A stretch of DNA of 63,339 nucleotides, the filler included. It is 4 parts of 4 records of this genome, joined end to end, with 100 filler letters (N's around TTAATTAATTAA, not from the genome) between each part and the next. Parts side by side here need not be neighbours in the genome. Positions count along the whole stretch, not along the records: positions 52,609 to 63,339 come from SRR20825006_97; 3 more parts are not named here. One strand, 5' to 3'. The notes beneath the pieces were generated by a model. It saw nothing but the letters and a program-made list of their open reading frames with translations, was not told the DNA's origin and ran no database searches. Each line of letters starts with the position of its first letter. Positions within the stretch are counted from its first letter, which is position 1. The position numbers and the translations under genes are program-made. This document shows, piece after piece, positions 60,975 to 63,339 of this stretch.

Positions 60975-61847
60975 TTGAAAACTAAAAAGAAAAATATCTC
61001 GAAATGGAAACATCGTCTTCATGAAATTATTTATGAAGCAGATACACCCATGGGGAAATGGTTTGATATTATTTTATTTATCATCATTATTATCAGCATT
61101 ATATTGGTAATGCTAGAGAGTGTAAAAACTATAGATGACAAATATCACAACTATCTTTTTACTGCTGAATGGGTAATCACCATCTTTTTTACCATAGAAT
61201 ACATTGCAAGAATTATTTCAATAAAGAAGCCTACAAAATACATTTTTAGCTTCTACGGAATTGTAGACTTACTATCCACTATTCCGCTATACCTCTCTTT
61301 CTTTTTTGCAGGCTCTCAAGTTTTTCTTGCCGTTAGAGCTTTACGCTTATTGAGAGTATTTAGAATATTGAAATTAGTTCGTTTTATGGGAGAAGCTTCC
61401 CAATTAAAAGAAGCTATAAAGTCTAGCAGAGCCAAAATTGCTGTTTTTATTTACACTGTATTAATTCTTTCCGTAATAATGGGTACTATAATGTATCTAA
61501 TTGAAGGGGAAGAAGCTGGTTTTACAAGTATTCCCAGAAGTATATATTGGACTATAGTTACCCTCACAACAGTAGGTTATGGAGATATTGCTCCTGTTAC
61601 CCCTGTTGGACAAATAATAGCTACTATAATTATGATTCTTGGTTATGGTATTATTGCCGTTCCTACAGGAATTGTTACTGTAGAATTTGCTAAACAAGGA
61701 GGTAGTAGTCCCGAAGAAAATAAGAAAAATGAAAATCAAAAAATAATCCACACCAATACCCAAGTATGCCCACATTGTAATGCCGATAACCATAAAGACA
61801 ATGCTATATTTTGTTATAATTGCGGAAATTATTTAAATGAACACTAA
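60975..61847 (+). CDS. Six-TM voltage-gated-type potassium channel with C-terminal zinc ribbon
   Basis: S4 RALRLLRVFRILK, selectivity filter TTVGYGD, CPHC...CYNC; TTG start. Confidence 0.92.
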   Translation: MKTKKKNISKWKHRLHEIIYEADTPMGKWFDIILFIIIIISIILVMLESVKTIDDKYHNYLFTAEWVITIFFTIEYIARIISIKKPTKYIFSFYGIVDLLSTIPLYLSFFFAGSQVFLAVRALRLLRVFRILKLVRFMGEASQLKEAIKSSRAKIAVFIYTVLILSVIMGTIMYLIEGEEAGFTSIPRSIYWTIVTLTTVGYGDIAPVTPVGQIIATIIMILGYGIIAVPTGIVTVEFAKQGGSSPEENKKNENQKIIHTNTQVCPHCNADNHKDNAIFCYNCGNYLNEH

Positions 61848-62754
61848 ATACCTCATAACCGTTGTTGGTCCAACTGCAATTGGAAAAACTGCCTTAGCTA
61901 TAAAATTAGCTAATGAATTTGCTACTGAAATTATTTCTTCGGATTCTCGACAATTTTTTAAAGAAACAACCATAGGAACTGCTGTACCAGAACCTGAAGA
62001 ATTAGCGCAAGCAAAACACCATTTTATTCAACATAAAAGTATTACCGAAGCATATTCGGTTGGCGATTTTGAAAGAGATGCTATTGCGCTCTTAGAACAA
62101 CTTTACCAGAAACATGATCTAGTAATCATGGCTGGCGGAAGTGGACTATATAACAATGCAGTTATTGAAGGACTAGATAATTTCCCAAATGTAAGTCCTG
62201 AAATTAGAGAACAATTAAATGCTACATTAGAAGAAAATGGAATAGAGACACTTCAACAACAATTAGAAAAATTAGATCCAGTTCACTATAAAAACATCGA
62301 TATAAACAATCCGCATCGAATTATTAGAGCTTTAGAGATTTGTATCGGAACTGGGAAACCCTATTCTTCTTTTCTTAATCAAGGAAAAAATAAGCGCTCA
62401 TTTAAAACCATTAAAGTTGGATTGACTGCCGATCGTGAAATTATTTACAATCGGATAAATCTACGGGTTGACCTTATGATGGAAAATGGATTACTAGAAG
62501 AAGCAAAAACTGTATTCCCTTATAAACACTTAAATGCTTTACAAACGGTTGGCTACAGAGAGCTGTTCGAATATTTTGATGGAAGCTGCTCTCTCGATTT
62601 TGCTGTTTCAGAAATCAAGAAAAACACACGTAGATTTGCCAAACGCCAACTCACATGGCTAAGAAAAGACGATTCAATTTTATGGTTTGATTACAAAGCC
62701 GATAAACAAAATATAATAGACAAGGTTAAAGCTGTTATTAAGGAAGAGAGTTAG
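61837..62754 (+). CDS. miaA: tRNA dimethylallyltransferase
   Basis: GPTAIGKT, DSRQ, GGSGLY, RALE, VGYRE, TRRFAKRQLTW. Confidence 0.96.
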   Translation: MNTKYLITVVGPTAIGKTALAIKLANEFATEIISSDSRQFFKETTIGTAVPEPEELAQAKHHFIQHKSITEAYSVGDFERDAIALLEQLYQKHDLVIMAGGSGLYNNAVIEGLDNFPNVSPEIREQLNATLEENGIETLQQQLEKLDPVHYKNIDINNPHRIIRALEICIGTGKPYSSFLNQGKNKRSFKTIKVGLTADREIIYNRINLRVDLMMENGLLEEAKTVFPYKHLNALQTVGYRELFEYFDGSCSLDFAVSEIKKNTRRFAKRQLTWLRKDDSILWFDYKADKQNIIDKVKAVIKEES

Positions 62755-63113
62755 TTCCCAAATACTTCCTCAGCATCAGCAAAAATAGGTTCGTCTTCAG
62801 AAAAATCTAAAAATTCTGCCTCAGGAACATATTTCAATATTTCATTAATTCCCTTTTCTAGCATTAATTTAGTAGAGTATTTACGACTTGTAGCAATTAC
62901 CAACCCGCCAGAAGAAAGTCTAAAATAATGCTTCCCCGAAGGCGTACTTTTTTTTCTGAATGTAAAAAACTGGATGTTCTCTCGGATTCCTTTTATCATT
63001 TTTTCACAATCCGTTTTTCTCTTGCAACTAATACTAGTAAAAATAGTTTTTCCTTTTCGATTGGTAAATACAAATTTATAGAGTCCGCTATTTCGTTTAC
63101 TAATTACAAACAT
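62751..63113 (-). CDS. YegP/DUF1508 family protein
   Basis: Two short repeats of the YKF...G..I.TS / YFRL..G.VIATS..Y type. Confidence 0.75.
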   Translation of the reverse strand: MFVISKRNSGLYKFVFTNRKGKTIFTSISCKRKTDCEKMIKGIRENIQFFTFRKKSTPSGKHYFRLSSGGLVIATSRKYSTKLMLEKGINEILKYVPEAEFLDFSEDEPIFADAEEVFGN

Positions 63114-63243
63114 TCAAATCAATTATTTATCTAATTCTCCAATCACAAATCTAAAACAAAATATAAGAAATTCAAGTTTGGATGGCAACAGTATTTGTAT
63201 AAGAAAGAACAAAAAAAAGACTATCTGAAAAGGAATTCATGGT

Positions 63244-63334
63244 TGTCAAACTGAGCTCAACCAGCTATCAAACTGAACTCAACTAGCTGTCAAACTGAAC
63301 TCAACTGGCTGTCAAACTGAGCTTGTCGAAGTTT
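63244..63334 (+). repeat. 22-bp tandem repeat (3 full units) ending in a REP-like palindrome
   Basis: TRTCAAACTGARCTCAACYRGC at 63244, 63266, 63288, then TGTCAAACTGAGCTTGTCGAAGTTT. Confidence 0.85.
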
Positions 63335-63339
63335 TAAAC

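Noticed and set aside
250..63134. Short ORFs antisense to or nested in well-supported genes (e.g. 250-513, 4246-4527, 20335-20748, 32197-32520, 50998-51387, 59100-59387)
   Set aside because: Shadow frames of real genes with no motifs
63244..63334. Possible CRISPR array
   Set aside because: Units are contiguous with no unique spacers, and no cas genes are present

Overview
AT-rich chromosomal window from a Bacteroidota bacterium, most likely Flavobacteriaceae (TAnnTTTG promoters, a T9SS type-B cargo protein, flavobacterial-type crtIBZY). It is four contigs joined by artificial 100-bp linkers (N44-TTAATTAATTAA-N44 at 19500, 28908 and 52509), so adjacency across those points is unproven. Most of it is housekeeping: parE/parC, ppc, uvrA, prc, surE-lpxB-comEC, queE, namZ, a LolC/E-type permease, cystathionine beta-synthase, smpB, pcm, yggS and miaA. 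Accessory content is a 1614-aa repeat-rich T9SS surface protein, a zeaxanthin-type carotenoid operon, an ECF sigma module, an AraC/VOC pair and an interrupted KdpDE-like two-component system. No rRNA, tRNA, CRISPR or intact transposase was seen. The most interesting unexplained structure: (1) a candidate ECF-sigma mini-regulon, where an identically spaced motif ATGTGACCwTTTC-N8-TGTGTCT precedes both the sigma gene and an unannotated 39-aa membrane peptide, with an unannotated 58-aa ORF behind the sigma gene; (2) six TTACA-NN-TGTAA palindromes between a divergent XRE regulator and an M14 peptidase; (3) several families of palindromic intergenic repeats or MITE-like elements, some at contig breaks.
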